A DNA stretch of 64,000 nucleotides from Geopsychrobacteraceae bacterium (GCA_963662315.1 OY759353.1:3968001-4032000), one strand, 5' to 3'. Counted from the stretch's first letter, positions 1-10,270 are shown. Notes: generated by a model from the sequence alone, not told the origin. Translations and numbers: made by a program.

Positions 1-360
1 CAAGTAAATCTTGAAGTTTGGTTCGTAGGGCTGGATATCAACTGCTTTCTGCATACACTCCATCCATGCTTCGACATCACTCCGCCCAATAGGCATATGC
101 TTATGAAACTGAGGTATTTTAATGGGCCCAAAATTCTGCGAGTACAATTTTGGCCCACCAAGCCAGCCCGATAGGAAATAGGACAGTTTGAGCCGTGATT
201 CATTCAGGTTATCACGGTGCATTCTACGTATAACCTGAGCTTCTGGCAGTGAGTCCATAAAATCGTAGAATGCATCGACGAGCTTTGTTATCCCTTCCAG
301 CTCTCCCGCTGCCTTGTAGGAGGCATCTCCAACCCCATATTCGATTTTATCGTTGCTCAT
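1..360 (-). CDS. Group II truncated hemoglobin (trHbO-like), runs off the window edge; cassette gene
   Basis: Not in the ORF track. Manual translation from ATG at 360: MSNDKIEYGVGDASYKAAGELEGITKLVDAFYDFMDSLPEAQVIRRMH...FLSGWLGGPKLYSQNFGPIKIPQFHKHMPIG...AWMECM. LVDAFY, WLGGP.LY and H..MPI are 2/2 globin motifs. Starts ~20 bp after an attC. Confidence 0.9.
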   Translation of the reverse strand, partial: MSNDKIEYGVGDASYKAAGELEGITKLVDAFYDFMDSLPEAQVIRRMHRDNLNESRLKLSYFLSGWLGGPKLYSQNFGPIKIPQFHKHMPIGRSDVEAWMECMQKAVDIQPYEPNFKIYL

Positions 361-380
361 ACTTAACCTTTACTTTATAG

Positions 381-479
381 GCCTAACTCAGCGTTAAAGT
401 GAGATCAGCAAGTATGCCACAAATTGAGCACAGTGAAAATGGTATGCGTTTGGAGTTACCTTTGAACGCCTTGTTATGT
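381..479 (-). other. attC site (intact, 99 bp)
   Basis: Minus strand reads ACATAAC-AAGGCGTTCAAAGGT...ACTTTAACGCTGA-GTTAGGC: R''/R' boxes with imperfect inner inverted arms. Confidence 0.85.
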
Positions 480-556
480 TTATAGATGCTCTCTCAGCTC
501 GTGGCTAAGGTGCTATTTTCACATCCCTCATTGCTGCTATGTAGTCGCGACGAGCA

Positions 557-841
557 TCACAGCAGGAAATTAAGTCGGCTATCAGCTTTTTTGGGATCAA
601 TTTCAATTATTTCGGCACTAACAATATTTTCAGCAACGAAAGGATCATTGTTTACTCTTTCTTGTAGCTCTGGTAGTGAGGTGTTATGAGCGATAACGGA
701 ACCACCCAGATTTGATTGAAGGCTACCAACCAACAAAAAAACACCATCTTCAAAGCCTTGTTGAATCCATTGTTCGTGACCAACCATGTGGTCTCGAGCT
801 TGTGATTTATTGTCGGAAAACCTTAAGAACACAATAAACAT
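557..841 (-). CDS. YciI family protein
   Basis: Start MFIVFL at 841; H..W...GF..G.FLL.GSL and NDPFV motifs. Confidence 0.85.
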   Translation of the reverse strand: MFIVFLRFSDNKSQARDHMVGHEQWIQQGFEDGVFLLVGSLQSNLGGSVIAHNTSLPELQERVNNDPFVAENIVSAEIIEIDPKKADSRLNFLL

Positions 842-860
842 AGCTGTTTCCTTTTCTGTG

Positions 861-1451
861 TTACTCGTAATTGGTCTGCTTTTTCTTGACGGGCAAGTCA
901 TCCAGCCAGTCGTACATTTTTTCCACTTCCTGTTTCACATATTGTAAGTCATCAAAAGCATTGCCCAGGGTCGCTACCCCTTGGCTCCAGGAGAGTACGT
1001 GCATAGCCAGTGAATCAGCATCCTGTGTATGGCCAAGCTGAGTAAACTGAGCTTTCAGCCATACTCTAAAGAGTGTGAAAACTTTATTGGCCTCAGCTTT
1101 TGAGGCGTGGTTCAATTTGGCGAGTTCCGTGCACAGTGTGCCGACAGGACAACCGTAGTCCTTGATCATTGACCAGTTTGACAAAAGGATTTTGATGTAA
1201 CTCCTGATGCGGTCTTTTGGCGTCGCAGTCTGCTCTTCCCAAGCCGTCAACATGTGCTGTGTCCTGTCCAGACGAGTCTTGATGACAGCATCAAGAATGT
1301 CATCCTTGGTCTTGAAATGATGGTATAGGTTACCGCGCGAAATACTCACCATACTGGAGATATCTGCAAATGAAGTATGCTCGAAGCCTTGCCGATAAAA
1401 TAAGTTATCGGCAGCCTCTATAATTTGACGGCGTGTCTCACCGTGTCCCAT
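861..1451 (-). CDS. TetR family regulator (NemR-like)
   Basis: N-terminal TetR HTH (GFEHTSFADI...NLYHHFKTKDDI), GCPVG motif, adjacent to an OYE gene. Confidence 0.92.
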   Translation of the reverse strand: MGHGETRRQIIEAADNLFYRQGFEHTSFADISSMVSISRGNLYHHFKTKDDILDAVIKTRLDRTQHMLTAWEEQTATPKDRIRSYIKILLSNWSMIKDYGCPVGTLCTELAKLNHASKAEANKVFTLFRVWLKAQFTQLGHTQDADSLAMHVLSWSQGVATLGNAFDDLQYVKQEVEKMYDWLDDLPVKKKQTNYE

Positions 1452-1478
1452 CACACGACCTCTTTGCACAACTTGTTT

Positions 1479-2549
1479 TTAACCATATGTCGGATAATCA
1501 TTGTAGCCTTTCTCATCACCACCATAGAATGTATCGACGTCAACCTCATTTAAAGGTAAGTTCTCCTGATAACGGCGCACTAAATCCGGATTAGCTAAAA
1601 AGGGCGTCCCAAACGCAACCATATCAGCGACACCGTTAGCTATGGCTTTTTGTGCTCTTTCCAGGTTGTATCCATTGTTTGCGATATAGACTCCAGTGAA
1701 TTTTCTACCCAGCTCAGAATAGTTGATTGCACTTACCTTGGTCATCATGTCACCTTCAAGCACGTGAAGATAGGCCAGACCACGCAGGCCCAATTGCTCG
1801 GCAAAATATTCAAAATGCATCTGTGGATTTGAATCTGACATGGAGTTAAAACTGTTTTCAGGGCTCAAGCGCACACCAACGCGATGTGCAGGCCAAATCG
1901 TGGAGACTGCATCGAGAATTTCATTCAGCAGGCGCATGCGATTTTCAACACTGCCTCCGTATGCATCTTTCCGATGATTGCTATTATCTCGAAGAAATTG
2001 GTCTATGATATAGCCATTGGCGCCATGAATCTCTACGCCATCAAAGCCCGCACGCTTCGCCAGCTCGGCACTGTTTCTGAACTGCGCCACGATATCCCCG
2101 ATTTCATTTGAATCAAGTTCGCGCGGCGTCACGAAATCCTGCATACCTGTGTAGGTAACAGCTTGACCATCGAGGCGAATAGCGGAAGGTCCGACAGGTA
2201 AACCGCTATCTGGCTGAAGGCTGGGGTGAGATATTCGACCACAGTGTTGAAGCTGGACAAAGATATGACCTCCTTCTTCTTGCACAGCATCAGTGACGCA
2301 CTTCCAGCCTTCAACGTGAGTATCTGTATAAAGCCCTGGCGTAAAAGGGTATCCGATGGCCTGTGGTGAAATAGTCGTTGATTCGGAAATGATCAGCCCA
2401 GCGCTAGCTCGTTGCCGGTAGTGGGTCGCCATCATCGGTGTAGCCATGCCATTTGAGTCGGCCCGATTTCTGGTCATTGGTGCCATAACCATACGATTTG
2501 CCAACGTTAGGTCGCCGAGTTGAAAGGAGTCAAACAGATTAGTTTTCAT
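1479..2549 (-). CDS. nemA: Old yellow enzyme / alkene (N-ethylmaleimide) reductase
   Basis: NRMVMAPMTRNRA, GFDGVEIHGANGY and YGGSVENR motifs. Confidence 0.93.
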   Translation of the reverse strand: MKTNLFDSFQLGDLTLANRMVMAPMTRNRADSNGMATPMMATHYRQRASAGLIISESTTISPQAIGYPFTPGLYTDTHVEGWKCVTDAVQEEGGHIFVQLQHCGRISHPSLQPDSGLPVGPSAIRLDGQAVTYTGMQDFVTPRELDSNEIGDIVAQFRNSAELAKRAGFDGVEIHGANGYIIDQFLRDNSNHRKDAYGGSVENRMRLLNEILDAVSTIWPAHRVGVRLSPENSFNSMSDSNPQMHFEYFAEQLGLRGLAYLHVLEGDMMTKVSAINYSELGRKFTGVYIANNGYNLERAQKAIANGVADMVAFGTPFLANPDLVRRYQENLPLNEVDVDTFYGGDEKGYNDYPTYG

Positions 2550-2590
2550 TTCATCTCCTTTGGAAGGATAAATAGATTCAGTCTAGAAAC

Positions 2591-2642
2591 TGGGACGGTC
2601 GCCCTATATTGTTAGTTTAGGTCTAATGACCTAGTTTGTCAA
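2591..2642 (-). promoter_or_regulatory. sigma70 promoter of the nemA-tetR-yciI operon with overlapping TetR operator(s)
   Basis: Minus strand TTGACA-N17-TAAACT. Palindrome TAGGTC-N4-GACCTA at 2618-2633 lies mostly within the -35/-10 spacer; a weaker copy TGGGAC-N4-GCCCTA is at 2591-2606. Confidence 0.7.
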
Positions 2643-2740
2643 TGAGCTCTTTTGCTTTTCTTTACAGGACCCGCAGAAGATGAAGTGGTGAATTGATCGG
2701 AAGCACTCTCCTACCAGCAGGTCGAAACGTGCTCACGTGG

Positions 2741-2938
2741 TTAATATACCCCCCAATTCATAAGGGGATAATTGAGATCTGTGGCAACGATAATCTCAGC
2801 GGAAGTATTGACGGGTGTCGTTTCTGCAGAGCAAACTGAAGGGATGAAGTAGCAAAAGGAGGTCAATATCCATATGAGCAGGACCCAAAATTGGACAGAT
2901 GTATTTTTAGAAGGCCATCTCGGTCGACGCAGTTTCAT
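2741..2938 (-). pseudogene. Probable N-terminal fragment of a periplasmic-binding-domain sensor
   Basis: Signal/TM segment followed by IIVATDLNYP, like the start of a PBP domain, then an abrupt stop. Confidence 0.35.
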
Positions 2939-3016
2939 TCGGCGCTTAAGTCTGCCTTCGACCTGGTCGACAAACCATCCCTCTCAGGTTAATTGACTTG
3001 ATTTGAATCGATCTTT

Positions 3017-3610
3017 TTACAGTTCCACTGTGCCCTTCCAGACCAGCAGTAAGTTGTTCGTTGGCATGGGGATTTTTTCCACCAGCTGCATGTTTTGCCC
3101 CCAGCTTACCAATTCTTCGACTGAGCGGATTCCGCCATAACCTTTATTTTTAAGGGTTTGATCAAAATCCTGATTGCTTTTGCTGGTATATTTTCCATCC
3201 ACATTCATCGGTCCGTACTGACAGAAGACTCCGTCTCGAGGTAAATTGGCGACCACCAGCTCCATCATCAGCTTTGCTTCCGCTGCCTGCATAATGTGAG
3301 TTGTATTGGCTGTAAATACCGCGTCAACCTGAATAGCAGGCCAGGGATCACAGCCGATGGTAAACTCAAGCGGAGGCACAATATTGTCCAATTGTGATTC
3401 GCTGATCCAGGCCTTCACGCTGGCATGATTTTCAAGCCTGTCACTGGTATGCCAAACAAGATGGGGGAGTTTCTCAGCAAAAAACACCGCATGCTGCCCT
3501 GTTCCAGAACCAATCTCCAGTACGTGTCGAGAGGATGCAAAATAGACTTTCAGCTGATCCAGAATGGGTTGTTTATTTCTTTCACAATGGGAAGCAAAAT
3601 CCTTGGACAT
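3017..3610 (-). CDS. DUF938 family SAM-dependent methyltransferase
   Basis: CERNKQPIL, VLEIGSGTGQH and YGP...TS.SN..FD motifs; start trimmed to MSKDF. Confidence 0.88.
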   Translation of the reverse strand: MSKDFASHCERNKQPILDQLKVYFASSRHVLEIGSGTGQHAVFFAEKLPHLVWHTSDRLENHASVKAWISESQLDNIVPPLEFTIGCDPWPAIQVDAVFTANTTHIMQAAEAKLMMELVVANLPRDGVFCQYGPMNVDGKYTSKSNQDFDQTLKNKGYGGIRSVEELVSWGQNMQLVEKIPMPTNNLLLVWKGTVEL

Positions 3611-3730
3611 AAGATGACCTGGCTTGAGAGTACATTGTTGTTTTATTGTTGATTCCTTCAGAAGAAGTAATCCCATAATACTCAATTAATCTAATTTGTC
3701 TCTGATTTTATTGATCTTTTCCTGCGGCGA

Positions 3731-4540
3731 TCACCCCGATGATACATTCTGTTTGCGCAAATACTTTTTAGGCGAAACGCCGAGCACTTGCCTGAACATT
3801 TCAATGAAGGCGCTCAAGCTCTGATAGCCCAGATCAAATGCGACTGTGGTCACACTTTCACCATCATCCAATCGGTGGATCGCTTCCTGAAGCAGGAGCC
3901 GCTTACGCCACTGCCCAAAAGTCAGGCCGGTTTCGCGGACAAAAAGACGCGACAGCGTGCGAGAACTTGCCCCTGCAATAACGGCCAATTCATCAAGACT
4001 GCGACTTTCCCCTGGGGCCCTCATGAGTTCCTGCAAGACCCGCGTCAACCGATCATCCTGCCCCATGGGCAAATGCAAGGCGGTCGGTTCAGCCTGCCGC
4101 AACTGATCAAGAATAACCTGCATCAGGCGGAACTCGGGGCTATCGGCCGGATAATCATCCACCACAGTCACCGCGGTCAGAATCAGCTCACGGAGCAGAG
4201 CCGAAATCTTGATGACAGTGCATTGTTGGGGGAATCCGGCTAGTACCGACGGATCGATGAAGAGATTTCGCAACCACACATTGCCGGGAAAATAGACCTC
4301 ATGTTCAACCCATGGTGGCACCCAAACGGCTTGCGAAGGCGGAACCACCCACTGGTCACGGCGGCAGAAGACTCTCATCACCCCGCTGCTGGCGTATATC
4401 AGCTGCCCCCGCGGATGGGCGTGAGCACTGGCGCAACCCGCATCTCTGACCTGCATGGACAGGGGGATGACTGGCTGGGTTAGATCAACGCGATAACCGA
4501 TATTGATCGGGGATAACTTTGTCATTTTTCCGATATTCAT
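3731..4540 (-). CDS. AraC family regulator with cupin sensor (NimR-like)
   Basis: HAHPRGQLIY cupin and C-terminal double HTH (GYQSLSAFIEMFRQVLGVSP). Confidence 0.9.
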   Translation of the reverse strand: MNIGKMTKLSPINIGYRVDLTQPVIPLSMQVRDAGCASAHAHPRGQLIYASSGVMRVFCRRDQWVVPPSQAVWVPPWVEHEVYFPGNVWLRNLFIDPSVLAGFPQQCTVIKISALLRELILTAVTVVDDYPADSPEFRLMQVILDQLRQAEPTALHLPMGQDDRLTRVLQELMRAPGESRSLDELAVIAGASSRTLSRLFVRETGLTFGQWRKRLLLQEAIHRLDDGESVTTVAFDLGYQSLSAFIEMFRQVLGVSPKKYLRKQNVSSG

Positions 4541-4646
4541 TGTCTGAATTTAGCAAGAATGCCACAAGATCACAAGCTATACTCAGCGGCAATTCAGACT
4601 CAACAAGAGAACCATAACGCGGATCAGACGCAACTGAGGAACCCCT

Positions 4647-6374
4647 ATGATGCTTTCCAACCCGGCTGAAAAATATCGACCCATCAATACCTTTGACCTG
4701 TCCGACCGCCAATGGCCGAATCGCGTCCAGCGGCAAGCTCCGCACTGGTGCAGCGTTGACTTGCGGGATGGAAATCAGGCCCTCATCGAACCGATGGATA
4801 TCGAGCGCAAAAAGAATTTTTTTGAATTATTGGTTGCGATTGGTTTCAAGGAGATTGAAGTCGGATTCCCGGCAGCCTCACAAACCGATTTTGACTTTAT
4901 TCGTCAACTTATTGAAACTCATGCCATCCCGGCGGATGTAACGATTCAGGTCATGACCCAGGCTCGTGAGGACCTAATCGACAGAACATTCCAGGCATTG
5001 GCAGGGGCTTCACGCGCTATTGTTCATGTTTACAACGCCACCGCACCCGTTTTTCGTGATGTGGTTTTTAAGGTTGATCGCTCCGGCTGCATTGATATCG
5101 CCACACGGGCATCCCGACTGGTCCGTGAGCAGATGGCCCGTTATCCGCAAACCACCTGGACTTATCAATACTCTCCGGAAACATTTTGTTTTACCGAAGC
5201 GGACTTCAGTCTGGAAATCTGTAATGCAGTCGTGGCGGTGATGGAACCAACACCCGCGAACAAAATGATCCTGAATCTGCCCACCACAGTGGAGGTTGCC
5301 ACGGCCAATGTTTTTGCCGATCAGGTCGAATGGTTCTGTCGCAACATCAAAAAACGGGACAGTGTCATTATCAGTGTTCATCCCCATAATGATCGCGGCA
5401 CAGCAGTCGCCACAGCTGAATTAGCATTGCTGGCCGGTGCAGAACGTATTGAGGGATCGCTGTTCGGCAATGGCGAGAGAACCGGAAACCTGGATATTGT
5501 CAATCTGGCAATGAACCTTTATTCTGCCGGGGTCAGCCCCAACCTGGATTTTTCAAATATGACCAGGATGATGCGCGAAGTTGAGTTCTGTAATCAGATC
5601 CCGATCCATCCACGCCATCCCTACGCCGGTGAGTTGGTATTTACTGCCTTCTCCGGTTCACATCAGGATGCCATCAAAAAAGGGTTCGCAGTTCGACGGG
5701 AAAATCCGAATGGATTCTGGGAAGTTCCTTATATTCCCATCGATCCAGAAGATATTGGGCGCAACTATGAAGCGGTGATACGGATCAACAGCCAATCAGG
5801 AAAAGGGGGAATCGCCTATATCTTGGAACGTGAAGGGCTCCTGGTGCCACGTCGGTTACAGATAGAGTTTAGCCAGATTATCCAAAAACTTGCTGACAGC
5901 TCAGGAGTTGAAATCACCAACAGCATGATTATTGATACGTTTGTACAGACTTATCTCTTTGCTCCGGAACCCTTTGCCCTGGTCGACCCGGTGGTCACCA
6001 GTGACGGCCCGCAGACCTGCCTTAAGGCCAGCCTGCGGACTCCGCAGGGTATTTTTGATATTAACAGCACAAGTAATGGGCCGTTGTCTGCTCTGAGCAA
6101 GGCGTGTGAGCAGTTGGGGCTACCTTTCGAGATTGCTGATTACCAGGAGCATGCCGCAGAATATGGATCAAGTGCCGATGCCTGCGCCTATGTCGAGATT
6201 GTCGTCGGCAAACAAAGGTTATTTGGCGTGGGGCGTGATGGCAGCATTCTCAACGCTTCGCTGAATTCGTTGATCAGCGCGCTAAACAGAGCAGCCCGGA
6301 ACGATGCTGCGGTTTTCAACCTCTCTGTGGCCAAAAAGGAGCCAGAATTTTCACTTGGGTGCGGACCAAGATAA
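4647..6374 (+). CDS. leuA: 2-isopropylmalate synthase
   Basis: WCSVDLRDGNQAL, HPHNDRG and TAFSGSHQDAIKKG motifs, with C-terminal regulatory domain. Confidence 0.95.
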   Translation: MMLSNPAEKYRPINTFDLSDRQWPNRVQRQAPHWCSVDLRDGNQALIEPMDIERKKNFFELLVAIGFKEIEVGFPAASQTDFDFIRQLIETHAIPADVTIQVMTQAREDLIDRTFQALAGASRAIVHVYNATAPVFRDVVFKVDRSGCIDIATRASRLVREQMARYPQTTWTYQYSPETFCFTEADFSLEICNAVVAVMEPTPANKMILNLPTTVEVATANVFADQVEWFCRNIKKRDSVIISVHPHNDRGTAVATAELALLAGAERIEGSLFGNGERTGNLDIVNLAMNLYSAGVSPNLDFSNMTRMMREVEFCNQIPIHPRHPYAGELVFTAFSGSHQDAIKKGFAVRRENPNGFWEVPYIPIDPEDIGRNYEAVIRINSQSGKGGIAYILEREGLLVPRRLQIEFSQIIQKLADSSGVEITNSMIIDTFVQTYLFAPEPFALVDPVVTSDGPQTCLKASLRTPQGIFDINSTSNGPLSALSKACEQLGLPFEIADYQEHAAEYGSSADACAYVEIVVGKQRLFGVGRDGSILNASLNSLISALNRAARNDAAVFNLSVAKKEPEFSLGCGPR

Positions 6375-6705
6375 TTATCTATTTTTTAATATAAGATAGA
6401 GTGGATAAGCTCTTATTCTCTGCCTTAGGGCGTGATTTTTCAGGTGTAAATAGCATGTTTAAGCTTAATAATTGCCATATTACGGTATAATTCCTTATAT
6501 GAATCAATTATATAGCTAGGTTCGACCCAGAGATCCCCCCTGCTTTAACATATTGGTAAAAGGCCAGGCTCTTGTCCGATTGGTCAATATTTTTGGGCTT
6601 GACGGGGAGAAATTGGAGGGAACAGCGGAATAGGATAGTTTCAGTTTTGCGAACAATTGTTTGGCTTTTTCGCTTAACATTGGCGCTTCCTGACGCTGGG
6701 AAAGA

Positions 6706-8109
6706 TTACAGCAGGACGACTTTATTACGTCCCCCGCTTTTTGCCAGGTAAAGAGCTTTGTCAGCTGTTTTGATGATATCCAGACGCGGGGTTGCAAAGT
6801 TGCTGACTACAGTCATTCCAATACTGACGGTAAAGCTTATCTGCTTGCCGCAGCTTGTATGGACAGGAGTTGCAGCTAAATAGGTGAGGAGTCTGTTGGC
6901 AACAAGGGTCGCCTGATCTGGATCCGTTTCCGGCAGCATGACAATAAACTCTTCGCCACCCCAACGGCCGAACACATCCGAAGTTCTTAATTTGTTCTGA
7001 ACTAAGACGACAAGACCTGTTAAAACTTCGTCGCCGATGTCATGACCGAATGAGTCGTTAATATTCTTGAAGTGATCGATATCGATCAGCAACAGGGCCA
7101 GTTGACGCTTATAGCGCGTATTCCTGTTCAATTCCTGTTCAAAGGCTTCAAGGAATGATCTCCTGTTCATTATCCCGGTCAATGGATCGGTTGCCGCCAT
7201 TTCTTCAAGTTTGCTCTCAAGGATCTTGCGCTTGGTTATGTCACTGATAATCACAATAGTTTCGGAAAATTTTCCAGAAATATCTAGGGACCTGGAAAAG
7301 GAGATATGGAAAAATTTGTCGCAATCGGCAAGAGCCTTTTCTGCTTGCAAGGTCTGTCTCTGACTCTGGATGAAACTGTTGTAAAGATCGGCCAGCCAGG
7401 GAAACTCTTGGCAAAAATGTATCTCTTGGGGGGTGGCTGCATAGTACTTTGCTCCCGACACCGCAGCAGTATCAAGGCTACTGGACGCTGCCAGGTTCAT
7501 GTTTTCAATCCTGCCGTCCTGATCAATGATGAAAGCAGGTTCTGACAGACTTTCAAAGATGGTCAGATATTTATTCTTTTCATTGGTCATCGACCGGTTT
7601 CGCTCTTGCAATTCAGTGATCAATTGATCTTGATTAAAGTTTGCCCAGGTACCACAAAAAGCGATCTCAACCCGGTCAAAGAAGCGATTGATTAAGTTTC
7701 GGAAGGTTTTTTTCTGTGCCGGGGAAAAGCCTGATTCTTCCACTAAATCCTGGTAAGCCTGCCGGTAATACTTGCTCATCCCCAAAAACATCTCAAGGCT
7801 GGTCCCGCGTTCTCGATGCAGGTTTGCTTCGCGGATGCCGAATTGGGTCGCCGGATCATCTAGACAATCTTCATCCTGGTAGATCTCGATATCCAAACCT
7901 TTCGCGTGGATCAATTCTGTAAATGATTTTGACAATCCTGATATGGATAAACGCCAGGCTTCTTTCAGGGTGGATGTATATTTGGTGTAGCCCTGGCGAC
8001 GGGCATAGTCCAAGGTTCGGCCCATGAGCCAGTCTTCATGGCTATTTATGTATTGAACAAGCGATAACAAAATGGCCCCCCTGATAATCTGTTGGAAATT
8101 AGGTCCCAC
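6706..8109 (-). CDS. Diguanylate cyclase: N-terminal helical sensor + PAS + GGEEF
   Basis: DPLTGIMNRR, DIDHFKNINDSFGH, RTSD I-site five residues before GGEEF; start uncertain. Confidence 0.92.
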   Translation of the reverse strand: MGPNFQQIIRGAILLSLVQYINSHEDWLMGRTLDYARRQGYTKYTSTLKEAWRLSISGLSKSFTELIHAKGLDIEIYQDEDCLDDPATQFGIREANLHRERGTSLEMFLGMSKYYRQAYQDLVEESGFSPAQKKTFRNLINRFFDRVEIAFCGTWANFNQDQLITELQERNRSMTNEKNKYLTIFESLSEPAFIIDQDGRIENMNLAASSSLDTAAVSGAKYYAATPQEIHFCQEFPWLADLYNSFIQSQRQTLQAEKALADCDKFFHISFSRSLDISGKFSETIVIISDITKRKILESKLEEMAATDPLTGIMNRRSFLEAFEQELNRNTRYKRQLALLLIDIDHFKNINDSFGHDIGDEVLTGLVVLVQNKLRTSDVFGRWGGEEFIVMLPETDPDQATLVANRLLTYLAATPVHTSCGKQISFTVSIGMTVVSNFATPRLDIIKTADKALYLAKSGGRNKVVLL

Positions 8110-8345
8110 GTCATAGACAAATAGGGATCTATTCTTTTCACTGAGTCGACATTGTATATATCGGTATAATACGCTTAAATATTTAATTTGGGAAAATCTT
8201 TATTCGGCATTTCAAGAAAGAATCTTTGGCTGAGTAATTATGGAAAAATTCAATGATTTTAACTGGAAAACCTCTGTTTAGCAGTGATCAGAGATAATCA
8301 CTTAAAGATATCATTATACTCTGCAAATTATCTCCTTTTTGGGCT

Positions 8346-8423
8346 TCATAACGCTAAGCTGAGTGGCGCGCAAATGGCTTTGAAAAGGGGCACCGAAGTT
8401 CTTCGCGTCAACTCAAGCGCCTG
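8346..8423 (-). other. Degenerate attC (R'' end lost)
   Basis: TCATAAC-GCTAAGCTGAGTGGCGCG...CGCGTCAACTCAAGCGCCTG: attC-like arms but no closing GTTRRRY. Confidence 0.55.
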
Positions 8424-8493
8424 ATCCGCAATCAGAAGATATTATAAAATTTTATCATTCACTCACTATTGCCTGGCCAAAAGATCATCCCCT

Positions 8494-10191
8494 TTAATTC
8501 TCTACTTGTATTGGCAGCGTTACCGTGAAGGTACTACCTTTGCCAAGTTCACTCTCAACTCTAATTTCACCACCATGGTTTTGCACAATTCCATAGCTGA
8601 TAGAGAGTCCAAGACCAGTTCCTTTACCAACATCCTTAGTGGTATAAAAAGGTTCAAATATCCGGGCCATGTCTTTTGGTGCAATTCCACTACCGGTATC
8701 AACAATAGATACATTAACATTTTTTTCATCACACCAAGTGCGCACCGTGATGGTTCCCTGGTCCTTGATTGCTTGGGCCGCATTTATCAGAAGATTAAGA
8801 AAAACTTGGTTCAATTGCTGTGGGTAACAATTAATTTTAGGGATATTCCCGAACTCATGTTGGACAGAGGCTACATATTTGATCTCGTTCCAAGCAATAT
8901 TCATTGTCGTCTTTATGGCCTCGTTCAGATCGATTAATGCGTAATCGGCTTGATCTACCCTGGAAAAAGTTTTTAAGTTCTGAACGATGTGCTTTACTCG
9001 TTCCGCGCCGTCCAGACTCTCAGTTATGAGATCTTTTGCATCCTCCGAGATATAATCGATCTTGAGTTTTTTCCTGATTTCAGCCAACTGAGCGTCGTTT
9101 GGAATGTCCGCAAGGGCTATCGCCTGATCCTCCACGGTAATGAATTCAGTCAGGTGCTCAATATATTTTCTGAGGCTGGAAAGATTGCTTATGATAAACC
9201 CCATCGGGTTGTTTATTTCGTGCGCCACACCTGCTGCCAATTGTCCGATGGATGCCATTTTCTCCTGTTGAATCAAATATGTCTGTGTTTGTTTTAATTC
9301 TTTTTCAGCTTTTTTTCTTTCAGTAATATCTTGGAGAATGACAACTGTGCCTGTGTACTTAAAACTAATATCCTGCATGCGATGAAAACGTGCCAGCACC
9401 TGGCATTCATTCCTGTTCGGCAATTCAATTAAATACTCGTATTCTTTTTCTTCGCCTGTCTCATAAAAACGAGACAACTCATCTTTCAACCATGGAAAAG
9501 ATATCCTTTTCTCTGGTTGTGAATAATAGTGTCCACCCGATTTAGCTGTGGGATCGATCATCTGTGCCCCAGGAAAATTCATATGAATAATACGTCTTTT
9601 ATCATCCAGTAGAAAAACTGCCGTCGGCAGACTTTCGAAAATGGTAAGAAACTTGTTCTTTTCATTGGTGATCCGGCGGTTGGTTTCCTGCAGTTCTCCA
9701 ATCGTCCGGTTCATTGTTTCACTCCTGCCCCATTCGGCGCAGAAAGCTATTTCAATCCGATCAAAGATTCGCTCAATAAAAAGTGAATACTTCCCTCCCT
9801 CATCATTGACTCCGTTTAAAGGCTCCTCTTCAGACCCTTGCTCTATGAGGTGGGACTCTCGGAGCAAATCAAGGTATGATTGTCGGTAATACTTCGTCAA
9901 ACCCAGGAACATCTCAAGCGGAATTCCACGGGATCTATGCTTCTGTGCCTCAAGAACTCCGAAAGCTGCAATGGGGTCGGAAATAAAGGTATCTTCGGAG
10001 GATAATTCCCAAGGATCGTCCGAAATAGCAAGTGCCGATATGATGGAGTCTGTCAACCCAGCAATTGAAATCCTCCAAGCTTCTTCTAAAGTTGAAGTAT
10101 AACGGCTGTAACCTGTTTTCACGGCATAATCACGGATACGACGCATTAGCCACTTTTCTTTTTCTTTGAGATGTTGTCCTAATGGATGCAT
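8494..10191 (-). CDS. Sensor histidine kinase (NtrB-type): same N-terminal sensor + PAS
   Basis: H-box GVAHEINNP, N-box NLLINAAQA, G-boxes DTGSGI and GTGLGL; no adjacent response regulator. Confidence 0.93.
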   Translation of the reverse strand: MHPLGQHLKEKEKWLMRRIRDYAVKTGYSRYTSTLEEAWRISIAGLTDSIISALAISDDPWELSSEDTFISDPIAAFGVLEAQKHRSRGIPLEMFLGLTKYYRQSYLDLLRESHLIEQGSEEEPLNGVNDEGGKYSLFIERIFDRIEIAFCAEWGRSETMNRTIGELQETNRRITNEKNKFLTIFESLPTAVFLLDDKRRIIHMNFPGAQMIDPTAKSGGHYYSQPEKRISFPWLKDELSRFYETGEEKEYEYLIELPNRNECQVLARFHRMQDISFKYTGTVVILQDITERKKAEKELKQTQTYLIQQEKMASIGQLAAGVAHEINNPMGFIISNLSSLRKYIEHLTEFITVEDQAIALADIPNDAQLAEIRKKLKIDYISEDAKDLITESLDGAERVKHIVQNLKTFSRVDQADYALIDLNEAIKTTMNIAWNEIKYVASVQHEFGNIPKINCYPQQLNQVFLNLLINAAQAIKDQGTITVRTWCDEKNVNVSIVDTGSGIAPKDMARIFEPFYTTKDVGKGTGLGLSISYGIVQNHGGEIRVESELGKGSTFTVTLPIQVEN

Positions 10192-10270
10192 TGCGAAGTC
10201 TCCATTTGATTTTGGCGAGTTAAAACAGCAATTTTTCTAATCTTGAAATGCATTCCAGTTTACGGCCTTG

